Positions 25,290 through 37,956 of a stretch of 64,000 bases of DNA are shown here, piece after piece (the first letter of the stretch is position 1; each line of letters opens with the position of its first letter). Location of the stretch: contig JARFYF010000055.1 in the NCBI GenBank assembly GCA_030265395.1, positions 28,451,211 to 28,515,210 of the forward strand. Direction: 5' to 3'. Source of the DNA: Rhina ancylostomus (Eukaryota). The position numbers and the translations under genes are program-made. Under the pieces are notes generated by a model. The model was not told the origin of the DNA and ran no database searches. It saw only the letters and a program-made list of their open reading frames with translations.

Positions 25290-25490
25290 ATTGCCTCGTA
25301 ATCTCCTTTGAACTTATCCCCCTCATCTTAAGTGCATGCCCTCTAGTATTATTTTGACCCTGGGAAAAATATACCAGCTGTCTACCCTGTCTATGCTTCT
25401 CATAGTTTTATAATCCTCAGCCTCCAAGCTCTAGAGAAAACAACCCAAGTTTGTCCAACCTCTCCTTATAGCACATGCCCTTTAACCAAA
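25290..25490 (-). mobile_element. CR1 fragment
   Basis: Reverse complement of ~262-435 of the CR1 at the window start (same subfamily). Confidence 0.85.
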
Positions 25491-25683
25491 GCAGATCTTC
25501 TGATCCAGATCCAAGAATCTTTAAGATTTCTTACTTATCACCCTCTTTCACTTGGCTCAATATCTCCTGGCCTCCACCCTGCCATAGAACCTCTCTTTTC
25601 TTCTCTCTACACCACTGTCCCTCACTCCCAGCACATGTTAATAATGCATGTATAAAAACAAGAAACGGAGATTTTGTAGCACT

Positions 25684-26645
25684 GAAATAAATATAAAAAG
25701 AGCTAGCGATCATTGGGTCAGGCAACATCTGTCGAGTTAAACAAATTTAAAGTTTCAGGTCAGTGACCTTTCATTAGAACTGGAAAAGTGAGAAAACAAA
25801 AGTGTTTTAAGTTGCAGAAAAGGGGGAAAGGGAATGTTTCTGATAGGATGGAGACCAAAAGAATCCACATTGCACCATTGCTGTTGATACCACTGAATGC
25901 TCGATAGTCATAACTGATTTGTATAGAGAAGTGTAAATAGATCGAGATGAATAAGGGCAGAAAAAGCAAACAGTGCAGAAGCTGTCGGATGCAGAGCACA
26001 GCAGATGCTAGAAATCTGAAATAAAACAGAATGTTGGAAATAAGATCTCTTTATTAGTCGCATGTACATTGAAACACACGGTGAAATACATCTTTTTTGC
26101 ATAGTGTTCTGGGGNNNNNNNNNNNNNNNNNNNNNNNNNNNNNNNNNNNNNNNNNNNNNNNNNNNNNNNNNNNNNNNNNNNNNNNNNNNNNNNNNNNNNN
26201 NNNNNNNNNNNNNNNNNNNNNNNNNNNNNNNNNNNNNNNNNNNNNNNNNNNNNNNNNNNNNNNNNNNNNNNNNNNNNNNNNNNNNNNNNNNNNNNNNNNN
26301 NNNNNNNNNNNNNNNNNNNNNNNNNNNNNNNNNNNNNNNNNNNNNNNNNNNNNNNNNNNNNNNNNNNNNNNNNNNNNNNNNNNNNNNNNNNNNNNNNNNN
26401 NNNNNNNNNNNNNNNNNNNNNNNNNNNNNNNNNNNNNNNNNNNNNNNNNNNNNNNNNNNNNNNNNNNNNNNNNNNNNNNNNGTCGAGTCAGAAGATGAAT
26501 TACCATTCCTCAATAGAGTCTTAATACCTGTCTTTTCTTTATCGTTTCTGGTTCTGATGAAGGGGCATTGATCTGAGACATTACTGCTGATTCTCTCTCT
26601 GCTGGTGCTGCCCGACCTACTGAACATTTCTGGCATCCGTTTTTT
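25684..26645. mobile_element. Cluster of PLE ends (minus 25684-26042, plus 26530-26645) with an inserted young retroposon tail (26043-26114, minus) and an N gap
   Basis: Minus-strand ccagttCTAATGAaaggtcactgacctGAAA; plus-strand ggttCTGATGAaggggcattgatctGAGA; inserted tail is the reverse complement of ccccagaacactatgcaaaaaagatg…gtacatgcgactaataaag. Confidence 0.7.
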
Positions 26646-27795
26646 TGAGAAGTGGAACTTGATGCATGTTTCCCACTGTACTAACATAGAATCATACAGC
26701 ACAGGAGCAAGCCCTTCAGCACACCATGTCTATATTGACCATCAAATGCCTGTATATACCAATTCCATTTACCAGGACTTGGTCCATAGCCTACCATGCC
26801 CCGATGTTCTCTGACTACTGTGATCCCATTTTGAATCAAAGTACTGGAATATAAATGAAACACCCTATGAGTATGAGAGCTGTGGGAAGAGTGAGCAGTT
26901 TTAGGTCCCCTTTATCAGGGCTGTCCTGGAAGTAGTTTTGCCATAGGATGTAAATAGTCATTGGAGGTCCCGTAGGATATCCGTCTGTGGATGGATCAAT
27001 CATTTCATCCCTCTGTACAGGTCTATGATGTTTGTTTCATAATATTAAGCCATAGATACCAATCAGCAGCTAGGAGTTCGAACTGCAGCCTCACATAAAG
27101 TCACTGGCAAGTGGTTTTCTCTTCACTGCTCTGAAATCACACCTTATCATTAATGGGGCAGATTCTCAAGCTGCCTGAGGATCAGTTAATTACAGCAGTG
27201 TTCCTAGTGGAGGCCAACTACCTGAGCTGAGCTCGATGGGAGCCAACTACTTGTCCCCAGTTCAGCTCCTGCTGGGTCTACATTTGATAAAGCATTCAGC
27301 TTCTGGTCAGTTTGGACCATGCCACCCTCTGCTCAGTACTTCACCTAGGTCTTCATTTTACCTTATGTGTCCTCTGTTCTTGAACATTAACAGTGCACAT
27401 GCAACTTTGTTGTTCTTCTGTTTTTTTTCTAGAAATAGGTCAAGTCAGGTGTGGAGAGAAAAGAGTATACATCCTTGGAACTGTGTCAGATTTGGGTCAG
27501 GTTGTTACTGTATACCCAGGTAGAATTTTACTCCATGCAGTAGGGGTGCAGGAGGAGAAAGGGAAGGTTAATGTTCACCTTGTGGTAATGCAATAAGAGA
27601 AGTCCCCTGCATTAAGGGGAAACTGAAGAGCTTTCTGTAAAGAAACAAATGAATTGAAATTTATCCTTGGCACGAACTTTAAACAAGCCATATCAACAAA
27701 GGAATCAATTTAGAACCAGATGCAACACGTAGCTATATAATGCAGTTATATATCCCATTGATAGGGATAAATTTCTGTGCAAAATTAGAAGATGG

Positions 27796-28305
27796 AACCA
27801 TAGAACAGTACAGCACAATACAGGCCTTTCGGCCCACCATGTTGTGCCAACCTTTAAACCTCACCTAAGACTATCTAACCCCTTTCTCCCACATATCCCC
27901 CATTTTAACTTCCTCCATATGCTTATCTAAGAATCTCTTGAATTTGGCCAATGTACCTGCCTCCACCACTGCCCCAGGCAGTGCATTCCAAGCACCAACC
28001 ACTCTCTGGNNNNNNNNNNNNNNNNNNNNNNNNNNNNNNNNNNNNNNNNNNNNNNNNNNNNNNNNNNNNNNNNNNNNNNNNNNNNNNNNNNNNNNNNNNN
28101 NNNNNNNNNCATACCCTCCAAACCAGGCAATATCCTGGTAAATCTCCTCTGCACCTTTTCCAATGCTTCCACATCCTTCCTATAATGAGGCAACCAGAAC
28201 TGGACACAGTACTCCAAGTGTGGTCTAGCTAGAGTTTTGCAGAGCTGCATCATTACCTCACGGCTCTTAAACTCGATCCAATGACTTATGAAAGCTAACA
28301 TCCTG
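27796..28305 (-). mobile_element. CR1 3' fragment, young, with N gap
   Basis: MLAFISHWIEFKSREVMMQLCKTLARPHLEYCVQFWLPHYRKDVEALEKVQRRFTRILPGLEG plus tail. Confidence 0.92.
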
Positions 28306-28674
28306 CTCTGTAAAACATGGTACTGTGACAACTCCACTATATAAAAATGGGACATATGTATTAACTCGATATTGCTAACTGTATGCTGCCTGGGCCCCAC
28401 TGTTGTTACAACACTTGTGGCACTTTGGCATATTCCAGCATAGTGTAGTGACTGTCTCAGCCCCAGCAACTGGCTGTTCTCACAGAAGGGCTTTGACCAC
28501 CAGTGATGGACTGCCCTTACATCACTGTTGATTTTTGGCAATAGTAGCAAATGGGAAATAAAACACATCACAAATTATCACTTTTTATTACACTTAAAAC
28601 ACTAAAAATTGCATTCACAGTCTAAGAATCAATTAAAAACATTTGCAAAGTGATTTAGTTTTATATGACAGTAA

Positions 28675-28755
28675 ATGGTAGAAATTCTGCAGCTCAGGCA
28701 GCATCTGTGGACAGGAAAAGAATTAATGTTTCAGATTGAAGACCCTTCATAAATC
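28675..28755 (-). mobile_element. PLE terminal fragment
   Basis: tcaggcagcatctgtggacaggaaaagaattaatgtttcagattgaagacccttcat. Confidence 0.65.
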
Positions 28756-28983
28756 TGTCTCTGGCATAGTCAGTTTTCATTTTCACATTTATTTTTATTT
28801 TCATTAGTTTTCACCCACCTTTGGCTGGTTTATCCTGGTACTGACCCAGTGGCAAGCTTACCAGCCTCAGAGAACATGAAGTAAAGTTTTATGTAGCTTT
28901 AAAGCTGCATAAAAGTGTAAATATCAATAAAATAAGCTCACCTTTTACCATGATACCACCTTCCTGCACGAACCTCATGGTTG

Positions 28984-29802
28984 CCGTGTTTGCTCACCAA
29001 TTTGCATCTTGTTGAAGTGCACCAACTGCAAATAAAATTGAGTAACACCTTGCTCCCATCCAATTCTTGCTGTGCTCTTTGTGTATTTGAGCTCTTCTAA
29101 TCTCCACTTAGCCGAGCAGGTTTAGAATTTATACTACATATTGACTGAAGTTAAGTAAATGTTAGGATCAGAAGATCAATCAATCTCTGTCTTGATTATA
29201 TCCCATGACCGAACCTCCACTGTCCTCCTGGGTGGAAAATACCAAGGATTCACTCTCCTCTTGGTGAAGAAATTTCTTCTTATCTCAGTTCCTTATTTTG
29301 AGATTGTGACCTCTGGTTCTAGACACCCTAGCCAAGGAAAACGCCAACTCTACACCCACCCTATCAAGCCTAAGGAGAATTCTGTATGTTTCAATAAGAT
29401 CACTTCTCATTCTGCTTTGCAGAAACTTCTGCAGAATTTGTGCTGACCCATTCAGCTCGATGAGGAGCTCATTGGGCAGCAAGGCAGAAGATGTTGCTGT
29501 CAATTCAGGTGCTGGAAGATGGCATAAGAACTGATACTGGGGTGGAAGATTTGTCCCAATATTTCATCTACATAGTGACTTTTTGCTGAGTAATTTCCAG
29601 CTTCACAGAGCCACAGATTTATTTAATCTTCGGCCAATTCTCATATGAAATGTAACTCCCCACTGCTAAAAGGATGTTGGAAGAGCACAGTTATATAAAA
29701 GCCATGCCAAAAATTTCATGGGAGGGAGTTGTTATTTACTTTGTGTTTTTTTTGCTGCTTTCAGTTCATCTTAACCAGATATAAACTGGTGAGCAAACAC
29801 AG
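28984..29802. repeat. Ancient element with ~180-bp degenerate inverted arms (28984-29160 / 29617-29802), CR1 fragment (29180-29415, minus) inside
   Basis: Outer 30 bp ccgtgtttgctcaccaatttgcatcttgtt vs aaccagatataaactggtgagcaaacacag (25/30 complementary); similarity continues inward to attgactgaagttaagtaaat / atttatttaatcttcggccaat. Confidence 0.7.
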
Positions 29803-32144
29803 ATGCTTCTGCCCAAAATAACTGGAACCCTTAAGGTACAATAATAAGGGAGAGATTTATGTTTGGTCACCAGACTTAAATATTTGCAAGAGTGTCAGCT
29901 GCCTCTTACACCCACCTTCACACACTAAGTTTACTGAGCTCTGTGGATTGGATTGTGAATGAGGTGAGTACAATTTGCCAGGATAATGCTCTTCACACAT
30001 TTTGTTCTGGAGACTGAAGCTGAAATTCTCCCCAGTAATAAGGTGCAACTTCAGAATTGACAATTTTGCAAATGTACCATGGTTATTGGTCTTTGGTGAA
30101 GTAATTGACTGCTTTTTTCAAAGGTGGACATTGTAAATGGTTGGGACTGTACAAATTTACGAGTTTTTAAATTGAATCCCTTTACTCTAATAGAATGCCC
30201 AATTTAAATTTATTACATTTAAAGTAAATAGCTGACATTACTGCAATTAAATAGGTGGCAAATATAATAACCGTTGTTCTACTGGAGGCAAATAAATAGC
30301 AAAACGTTTAAAAAAACTAATTTATATATTTATGGATTCCGAACACATTATCCTGAACTTTGAACTGCAGAGTATGTGGTGCACTTATTAAAAAAAACTG
30401 TTGAGATTGTGCCAAGTTTCCTCACATTTGCTACATGAAATAAGCTCCCACCAATTTCATTTTATTTTAAATTACTTTCAAAATCAAAGCACAAAATCTC
30501 TCTTTGCTGTGGAATGAAATCCCTTAATCTTTGTGGAATTTGACAGCACCTTGCTGCTGAAGGTGGCTTAAGTATGTTACAATGAAATAGATGGCAGTAG
30601 AGACAGTACCTTAAGGTTTCCAAGGTAATCAGAGACTTTGCATCTTGTTGCTAGGTGAAACAGTGGCTGACAAATCACCTATTATTGGATCAGACTATTT
30701 GCTGTTCAGTGTGTCTCGGTAATTGATCCAACAGCAGTTTGAAGGTTGAGTAAGGAAATTATTCCTTTGAAAAGATTAGAAAAACATGATGTCTTTGGGT
30801 GGCTGTGAAACCGTTTGCTTTGTATCATTTTGCAGCAAGTGGGTTTGATTTGAATGTTGTACACACTTATATGAACAATTCTTTCNNNNNNNNNNNNNNN
30901 NNNNNNNNNNNNNNNNNNNNNNNNNNNNNNNNNNNNNNNNNNNNNNNNNNNNNNNNNNNNNNNNNNNNNNNNNNNNNNNNNNNNNTGAATGTTGTACAGA
31001 CTTATATGAACAATTATTTCTGCATTTTCTTAAATATTCATCTCAAAAGTGTCTGTTCCTGTGCTATCACCTTGTCCATTATACTCTTGACTAAATCTAA
31101 ATAGCTAGCCACGATTCCCTACAATTCAAAGGAAGAAGTTAATTTGAATGCACTCACAGTCTCAGTCATCCTAATTGCTTTCCCTCTAATTAAGTAGTTT
31201 TGAAATGCTATAATGCAGACAAGCATGCCAATGTATGCACAGTGAAGTCCTACAAATGATAAGGAGATAAATTTTCTGTTTTGATGCTGGTTGAGGAACT
31301 GGATTTGATACCTGGGAACTTGTGTTGAACTGACCACAATGTGCTTCAGGTAGGGAGTTGTAACTGGATTTAGCTTCGACATTGAGTGTGCATGCATTGC
31401 TCTTGGGGGGAAGGGGGAAGGGAGGGTGCGGGTGTGGGGTGACTAGGGCAGATGGGGGAGCAGTCCTTTCAGCCTCTCGCAGTCCAGGAATCACTTGCAA
31501 GTCCCCGGAGCCATAGTAGTTTTCACAAATTACAAGGTCAAATCCAGTGGTTTAATTAATCATCTCTAGCTCTGTTCCCTTTGATAACAATCAGGAGTTT
31601 CAAGGAAACCTGATTCACCTTCCTCTTTTTCCAAATTGCTCAGCTTGTGGCTCTTGGATGGCAGGAGGGTGGGAGTGAGCGGGAAGACTGTTTGGGAATG
31701 GGAGAAGGTTTGATCCTTGTGTCCTCCAAGGCTCATGGTCAACATGATTGAGACATATTAGGGTCAGCTCTTGCTCAGGAAACTGAACTCCTGCTTCAGG
31801 CTCACGTGATCATGGGTTGATTTTGCCTTTAATATCTCTCTGCCCCTCAGTGGCCAGGTTCTTTCTTTTACCTTTTGCCCCCTGTTCTGGGAAAAGAGGG
31901 ACAGGGGTAGGGATGAAATTAGAGCCTGATGTCTGTCAGCTGTAACTGGTATGAACATTGACCTAGCAGTGTGGAAGTACTTAGCATGGACTTAATGTCT
32001 GGCCCTATTTAACCAAAAAGCCTTATTAAATGGCAGACCCAGGCCTGAGGGATGGAGTAGTGTACTCCTGCTCCAAATCTGTATGTTTGCAAAATGGAAA
32101 ATCCTGAAGTGGATGATGATCTTGGTCTTCACTTATAACAAGAG

Positions 32145-32595
32145 CAACAAAAATACTTGCATTAATATAGCAGATTCTAAAATCCTCACAGAATTTCCAA
32201 AGTGCTTTGCACCCAATCAAGTATAATTGAAATGAAGTTGTTGATGTAAAAGTGGAAACACAGCAACTAACTTGTACTCCAGATGCTCTGATAAGCAGCA
32301 ATATATCAATCAGGTAATCTTGTTTAAGGTTATATCTGAGGGATAAGCATTTGCCAGGAAACCCACAGGAGTTTTCCTGCTCTTCTGTATGAAATAGAGG
32401 TGTGGAATCCTTCTTATGTTCAATTGAGGGAGTAGTAGGTTTAGAGTTTTATTCAGAAACCAGCAACTCTGATAATGCAGCATTTCCTCAGTACTGCACC
32501 AATATGTCAGACTATATATTTTTGCTGAAGTTATTGCATTGGTATTGGAGCCTGAACCTTCTGAGGGAGCTAAGAATTCTCGAAGCTGAGTCTTG
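32145..32595 (-). mobile_element. DeuSINE-type (SacSINE1/AmnSINE-like) ancient SINE
   Basis: tgagggataagcatttgccaggaaacccacaggagttttcctgctcttctg…aatgcagcatttcctcagtactgcac is the reverse complement of the Deu domain as recalled. Confidence 0.7.
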
Positions 32596-32611
32596 CCCAA
32601 AACTACAATCC

Positions 32612-32820
32612 AAAAGCAAAATACTGCAGATGCTAGAAATCTAAAATAAGACAGAATATTATGGAATTATTCAGTGGGTCAGTTCACAGCTGTAAAATGA
32701 GAAACAAAGTTTATGTTTCAGGCTAAAAGTCATTGATCTTGAGCATTAACTCTGTTTCTCTTTCTGCAGGTGCTACCTGGCCTGCAAGGTGTTCCCAGCA
32801 CCTTTTTATTTTATTTCTGG
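32612..32820. mobile_element. PLE-derived fold-back element (older)
   Basis: aaaatactgcagatgctagaaatctaaaataa…gagaaacaaagtttatg vs cattaactctgtttctc…ttattttatttctg. Confidence 0.7.
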
Positions 32821-34439
32821 CTGAAGCAATCTGTGCCAGAGCCGCCAGACAAATTGCCCAACACTCTGTGTGGAGGTGCCTGACCTTTGCTTATCTGCTT
32901 CCTCTGGCTGTCTGGCTAAGTTTGAGAACTTGGTGCATAGCAATTGCACAATGACTCATTATGTCAAAGTGCTGTTGTGCTGTCAGCATTTTAATACTGC
33001 AAGCTATGTATAAGCTCCACACGCTCCCAGACTCATAGATCTATCTCATGTTGCTATTCAAACTTAACCTTATAAATATTCTACCTTCTGTTCCTGTGTG
33101 GCAGATGACCTGCAAGGAACTGGATCTAGGCCCTGCCTTGCAGCCGTCTTTCAGCCACTACTCTGACCCCTTTGGTAGCCATGCAGTAGCATTTACCTTT
33201 ATCAGTGGTTTAATTTCAAATGCAATACTGCAGTTGCTGCTGTCTTCATCCACCAGAATTGACGAGACCACTGTGAGGGGGTGGGGATGTACTTATAATC
33301 CATCTGTCCTCTGTTCCCAAATGACCCTGACGGTCAACGCATTTAAAAACAATTGGAAAAAAAAATTAAATATAAACATCATAAATAAGAACATGAATTA
33401 GAATAATAAATTTAACTTAAAACACAATTAATTGACATAAACTAATTAAAGATATTAATACAATTTAAAATATGTTTTTTAAAAAAACAACCTATCTTCA
33501 CGTACCATTTAATGAAGTTTAGCAATCCCATTCAGATGAATATGACCTGCTTCATGTGGCAGCTGTGGATGGTGTGAAGATAAGGGGCCAGATGTGAAGA
33601 CTGTCTGGCCCTTCAGTACTGTAAGTTGCAGATAGCCCCAAGACTCAGTAGTAAAGTCCAGTGGTGATGGAGTGAGAAGTCAGATGCGCCCGTGTGTGAG
33701 TGACATCCAGTGTGTTCCTGGCATCCATTGTGTTCTCATCCTGCATGCTGTAATGCATTGGTGGGGAAATAAGAAGTGGTCATTACTGCTAGAGAGCGTT
33801 TAGCTATGGAAATGCCAGCTCAACATGATTTGGCCCATAGCCCCCTGTTTGTCACCCTCTGAGACAGAATGCTATGAGAATGTGGCGCATAGGAACATGC
33901 GCACAGTGGGCCCAGAAATTCATTCCAGGCAGCATCATTTCTTCATAACAAATGCAGCACATTGTACTCTGCCTCTATACTCCACTCTATGGTGTGTTTA
34001 ACACTGTTGATAAACATGTTCATTCATGATCTTGCTGAATAGCAAAGGCAGGCTGGAGAAACACATGAGCATCCTTAACTGGAATGGATCCCAACTCTGC
34101 CAAAGCTAATGCAACCACTGTACAGGATAACTAATGCCAGGAGAGATGTAATGAGTCAGATACAAAAGAAATAGAAGAAGAGCAGTAGAAATGCCTCCTC
34201 ATGGGGGCTTCCCTCATTGTGCATAAAATTCTGCTGTATTCTCCAGAACCTTACAATTCATAACAATATTGAAAGGCATGCACTAAACAAGCTCGGAAGT
34301 AATACATGAAAGCTGAAGGTTACCAAAGCCAAGGGCCTGATAGAAATATGTGCAAAATCAAGTTGGACTTGCCAAGCAAACTGGTTCAGATTAGCTAGAT
34401 ATTGGAACCAGCTTTCTCCAGCACATAGATCTAATTAAA

Positions 34440-34640
34440 GCACTGCTTTTCCCCAAACATTTCCCTCTGAAACCCTCTGACATCTTACCTTGAAATGAAA
34501 GGGAATCTGTAGCCAATGTGGTCTCAGTGAAGTCACCCACAGTCCGACACCCAATAGTCAATGCGTCCATGTATGATAAATTGTCTAGCTTGGAGGATCT
34601 GCACGAAGAAGGATCTGCACTGGTGGTTCTACATGCTCGG
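34440..34640 (-). mobile_element. Possible ancient non-LTR RT remnant (Ingi/Vingi-like)
   Basis: With one frameshift the minus strand reads RQFI-YMDALTIG…FTETTLATD, reminiscent of 'RKFIYADD…E.TL..D'. Weak. Confidence 0.3.
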
Positions 34641-35099
34641 GTATCACTCTCTCCAACAAGCATTGTATGGAAAAAAGTTCCTCCAAAACTGTCCATTGGA
34701 AAATGACATTGTGCCTTAAGACCGCAATATCCACCTGCTTTACATCTGATGAGAAATGCACAATGCTCCACAGGCAGTTTTCATTTCATGCTTGGACCCT
34801 AGCCAATGACTGTTCTTCATCCTGACATACAGATTATTATAGGCAATGTACATAGGCTGGTGGACTACACATTGTGGATGAGCCTCTGTAACTGTGCTGG
34901 ATGCTGAGTGATTTGATATCTCAACTTCTGCTCTTCCTTGCCCATTCTGGGGTTCATTTATTTAAGGAAAATCGATGCTTATCAGCTTGCATTACTGTTT
35001 CAATAATTGAAGCCTCAACTACTAATTCCATCAAATAACTTCAAATCCCATTACAGCAGTTGGTTTATTTTTCACGTTCATATTTCATATTTCCTCACG

Positions 35100-35420
35100 A
35101 CACTGAGGTAGAAAATTCAGCCCATCAAATCTATGTGGTTCTCAGAGCAGCCCATCAGTCCCATTCTCTCAATTATCTCCCTGCAGCCTGCTCTCACCCA
35201 CATTCAACTCCCTCCAGCTCTAACCTACACTTGGGGGCAACTTACAGTGGCTTATTAATCCAACAGCTAGGAGATGGGATGAAACTGGAGTACCCGTGGG
35301 AAACCTCATGTAGTCACAGGAAGAAGGTGCGAACTCCACACAGATAGATCTTGAGATCAGGATTGAAACCAGGTCACTGGAGTTGTACACCATCATTAAT
35401 GACTGCATCACTGTGATGCA
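35100..35420 (-). mobile_element. V-SINE-type SINE
   Basis: gaaactggagtacccgtgggaaacctcatgtagtcacaggaagaaggtgcgaactccacacaga. Confidence 0.75.
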
Positions 35421-35474
35421 TCATCTGAAATCAAATGATGAAAAAATATCTGGAATGCCACTGGATTATCATGA

Positions 35475-35640
35475 TACTGCTTCACCAGTGTCCTTCAGGG
35501 AAGGAACCGTGTTATCCTTCCCCATCTGTGACTCCAGACTCAACAGCTATGATGTGGTGTAGCCATTGAGCCAAGAGACAATTAGGGATGGACTGTAAAC
35601 GCTCGCCCTGCTGGTAACATTCAAATCTAGTGAATAAATT
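35475..35640 (+). mobile_element. Old SINE fragment, same family as 1745-1990
   Basis: gtgtccttcagggaaggaa…gtgactccagac…caattagggatgg…taaacgctcgccctgctggtaac. Confidence 0.6.
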
Positions 35641-35671
35641 TTACATATTGCAGTGTTTCATAAATTCTCAT

Positions 35672-35945
35672 ACACATCTTTTAAGGTTAGAAGGGAAAGA
35701 TTTAAAAGGGACCTGAGGGGCAACTTCTTCACGCAGAGTGTGGTGGGTATATGGAAGAAGCTGCCAGAGGAGGTGGTTGAGGCAATCACAGTGCTTAAGA
35801 GGTGTTTAGGCAGGTACATGGATAGGAGAGGTTTAGAGGGATATGGGCCAAATGCAGGCAAATGATGCTAGTTTAGGTGGGCACCATGGACCAAGTTGGG
35901 ATGAAGGGCCTTTTTCCCTGCAGTGTTGTTCTATGACTCTATCTC
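35672..35945 (+). mobile_element. CR1 3' end
   Basis: FKVRRERFKRDLRGNFFTQSVVGIWKKLPEEVVEA plus tail. Confidence 0.88.
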
Positions 35946-37794
35946 CACCAAATGTGAGTGTAGCTTCTTCCATTTCCCCATCAGGAGCAGTTTGGAATGA
36001 TTTATCCTTCAGAATTTCTGCCGCTTCTCTTTGTTGTGTTAGAAGTTCGATGTCAAAGGTTCCTCTCCTGACAGCTTATCACTTACTTGTCTCATGAGAA
36101 AATTTCTTCAAGGAGAAGACAAACGCTTGAATGGGTTGTCACAGTCTCCTAGTTTTATCTCCAGTGAATGAATTGGAAACAGCTATATAGATATTTGGAG
36201 GTGGGAGCTAAATTCAGAGAAATAATCTGCATGAATCTGAGGATTGTACAAATGGAAGAGCACGGCCCCTACCAGAGATGCATTGAAGTGGCAATCTATG
36301 CTTTGGGAACCTTCAAAGCTCGCATTCTAATAATTAAACACAGCAAGTAATTTTTCCCTTGGCTGATCTTACCAGATAATACCAGCATTCAGTTCGCCTG
36401 TCACATTGTTTGTCAGCTCATTACAAGTTAATATTTCATGGAGGTGGGGCATGTCCTTAATGTTTTCCAAGTGACACTAAGTACAAACCATCTACAAACA
36501 AGGAGCACATTTGTGTGCACAAGTGCCAAGTCCATGTACTCCACAAAATAGTTTGTATTGAGATCTCCTGCAGATCTATTCAACAGCATTATAAAATAAA
36601 TTAAAAGTGGTATAGTTAATGATGGCAAAAGCTTGAGATCATTTGCAGTACTGAATGATCCCACACTAAAAGATTGATGAGTTGGTGGACCTGCTTATCC
36701 TACTGTTGTATCAAAAGCATATTCATTGTGTTTTCACCTTAAGTAAGTTTCACTTTCAGTAAAATTATTGGAAAAGTCAGNNNNNNNNNNNNNNNNNNNN
36801 NNNNNNNNNNNNNNNNNNNNNNNNNNNNNNNNNNNNNNNNNNNNNNNNNNNNNNNNNNNNNNNNNNNNNNNNNNNNNNNNTCAGCTTAAGGCCACTAAAA
36901 TTGTTTTCATAAACTATACCAAGAACAATTGAGTTTCTCACTGTTATTCAATGTCACATTAAATCTGTCTCCCAGCTCATGCACATTTTGTAACTTTCCT
37001 TATGCTGTCAGATGTAACCCAAAGTAGATTAATTGAATTCATTACAGCAACTTCATATTTTCCCCACAATGAACCTTGCAATCACTATAATGGCCATAGC
37101 TTACTCTGTACCCTTGCCATTAGTGTGTTTCCATCATATTTTAAAGATTTGCTGCAACAAATTTTGCCTCATAAGTGTTTTTTTCTCCACAATACATATA
37201 ATACATAAATTAAGCATAGCAGCTTCAATAAATGCACTTCAACAAGCTTGTTCAATTTGCCTTTTAAAGTCTAATAAATTTGCTTTAACAGATTTAATTT
37301 TACTATAATGGACCTAACCCATTCGAGTTTGAGCTACATTGAAGCAGGCACAGAAAGCAGTTTACTAATGGGTGATGACAGAGTTAGGGTCCTCTTGCAT
37401 GTTGACCTGATATCAGCTCAATCCAAAAATAAGTGAAGTTCTGAATATGTAGGATGACCGCCTGACTATTTATTTACATTGGACAACCATTCACTTTGTG
37501 CTTCATTTTCAATAGTGACAAGCTAAAATCAGCCTCAAAAGTCATCATAAATTAATTATTTTGACCTTTGTCTTGGGAATGCAACCAATGATGGAAGAAG
37601 AATGTGGTTGTCATATAAATTGATGGCCTTGATTGAATTTCTGGACAAACTAATCACTCCCAGACTTGGGACATTAACAAGCCCCTTTGATAAAGAACAG
37701 GGAGCACACAGAACACAACACACTGTTGAAAGCAGATGGAGAAAGAGTAAAACTCTCAATGGGAGGACATGAATGTCCAGAATATACAGTCACA

Positions 37795-37956
37795 CATACA
37801 AACATACAGCACAGAAACAGGACCTTGGGCCCACCAAGTCCTTGCTGACCATAAACATAGAACATAGAACAGTACAGCACGGAACAGGCCCTTTAGCCCA
37901 CAATTTTGTGCCAACATAGCTATTCCCTCCTACCTACAGAATGCCTATATCCCTCT
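37795..37956 (-). mobile_element. Two stacked CR1 3' tails running into a 685-N gap
   Basis: catacagcacagaaacagg… then aacatagaacatagaacagtacagcacggaacaggccc…. Confidence 0.75.
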
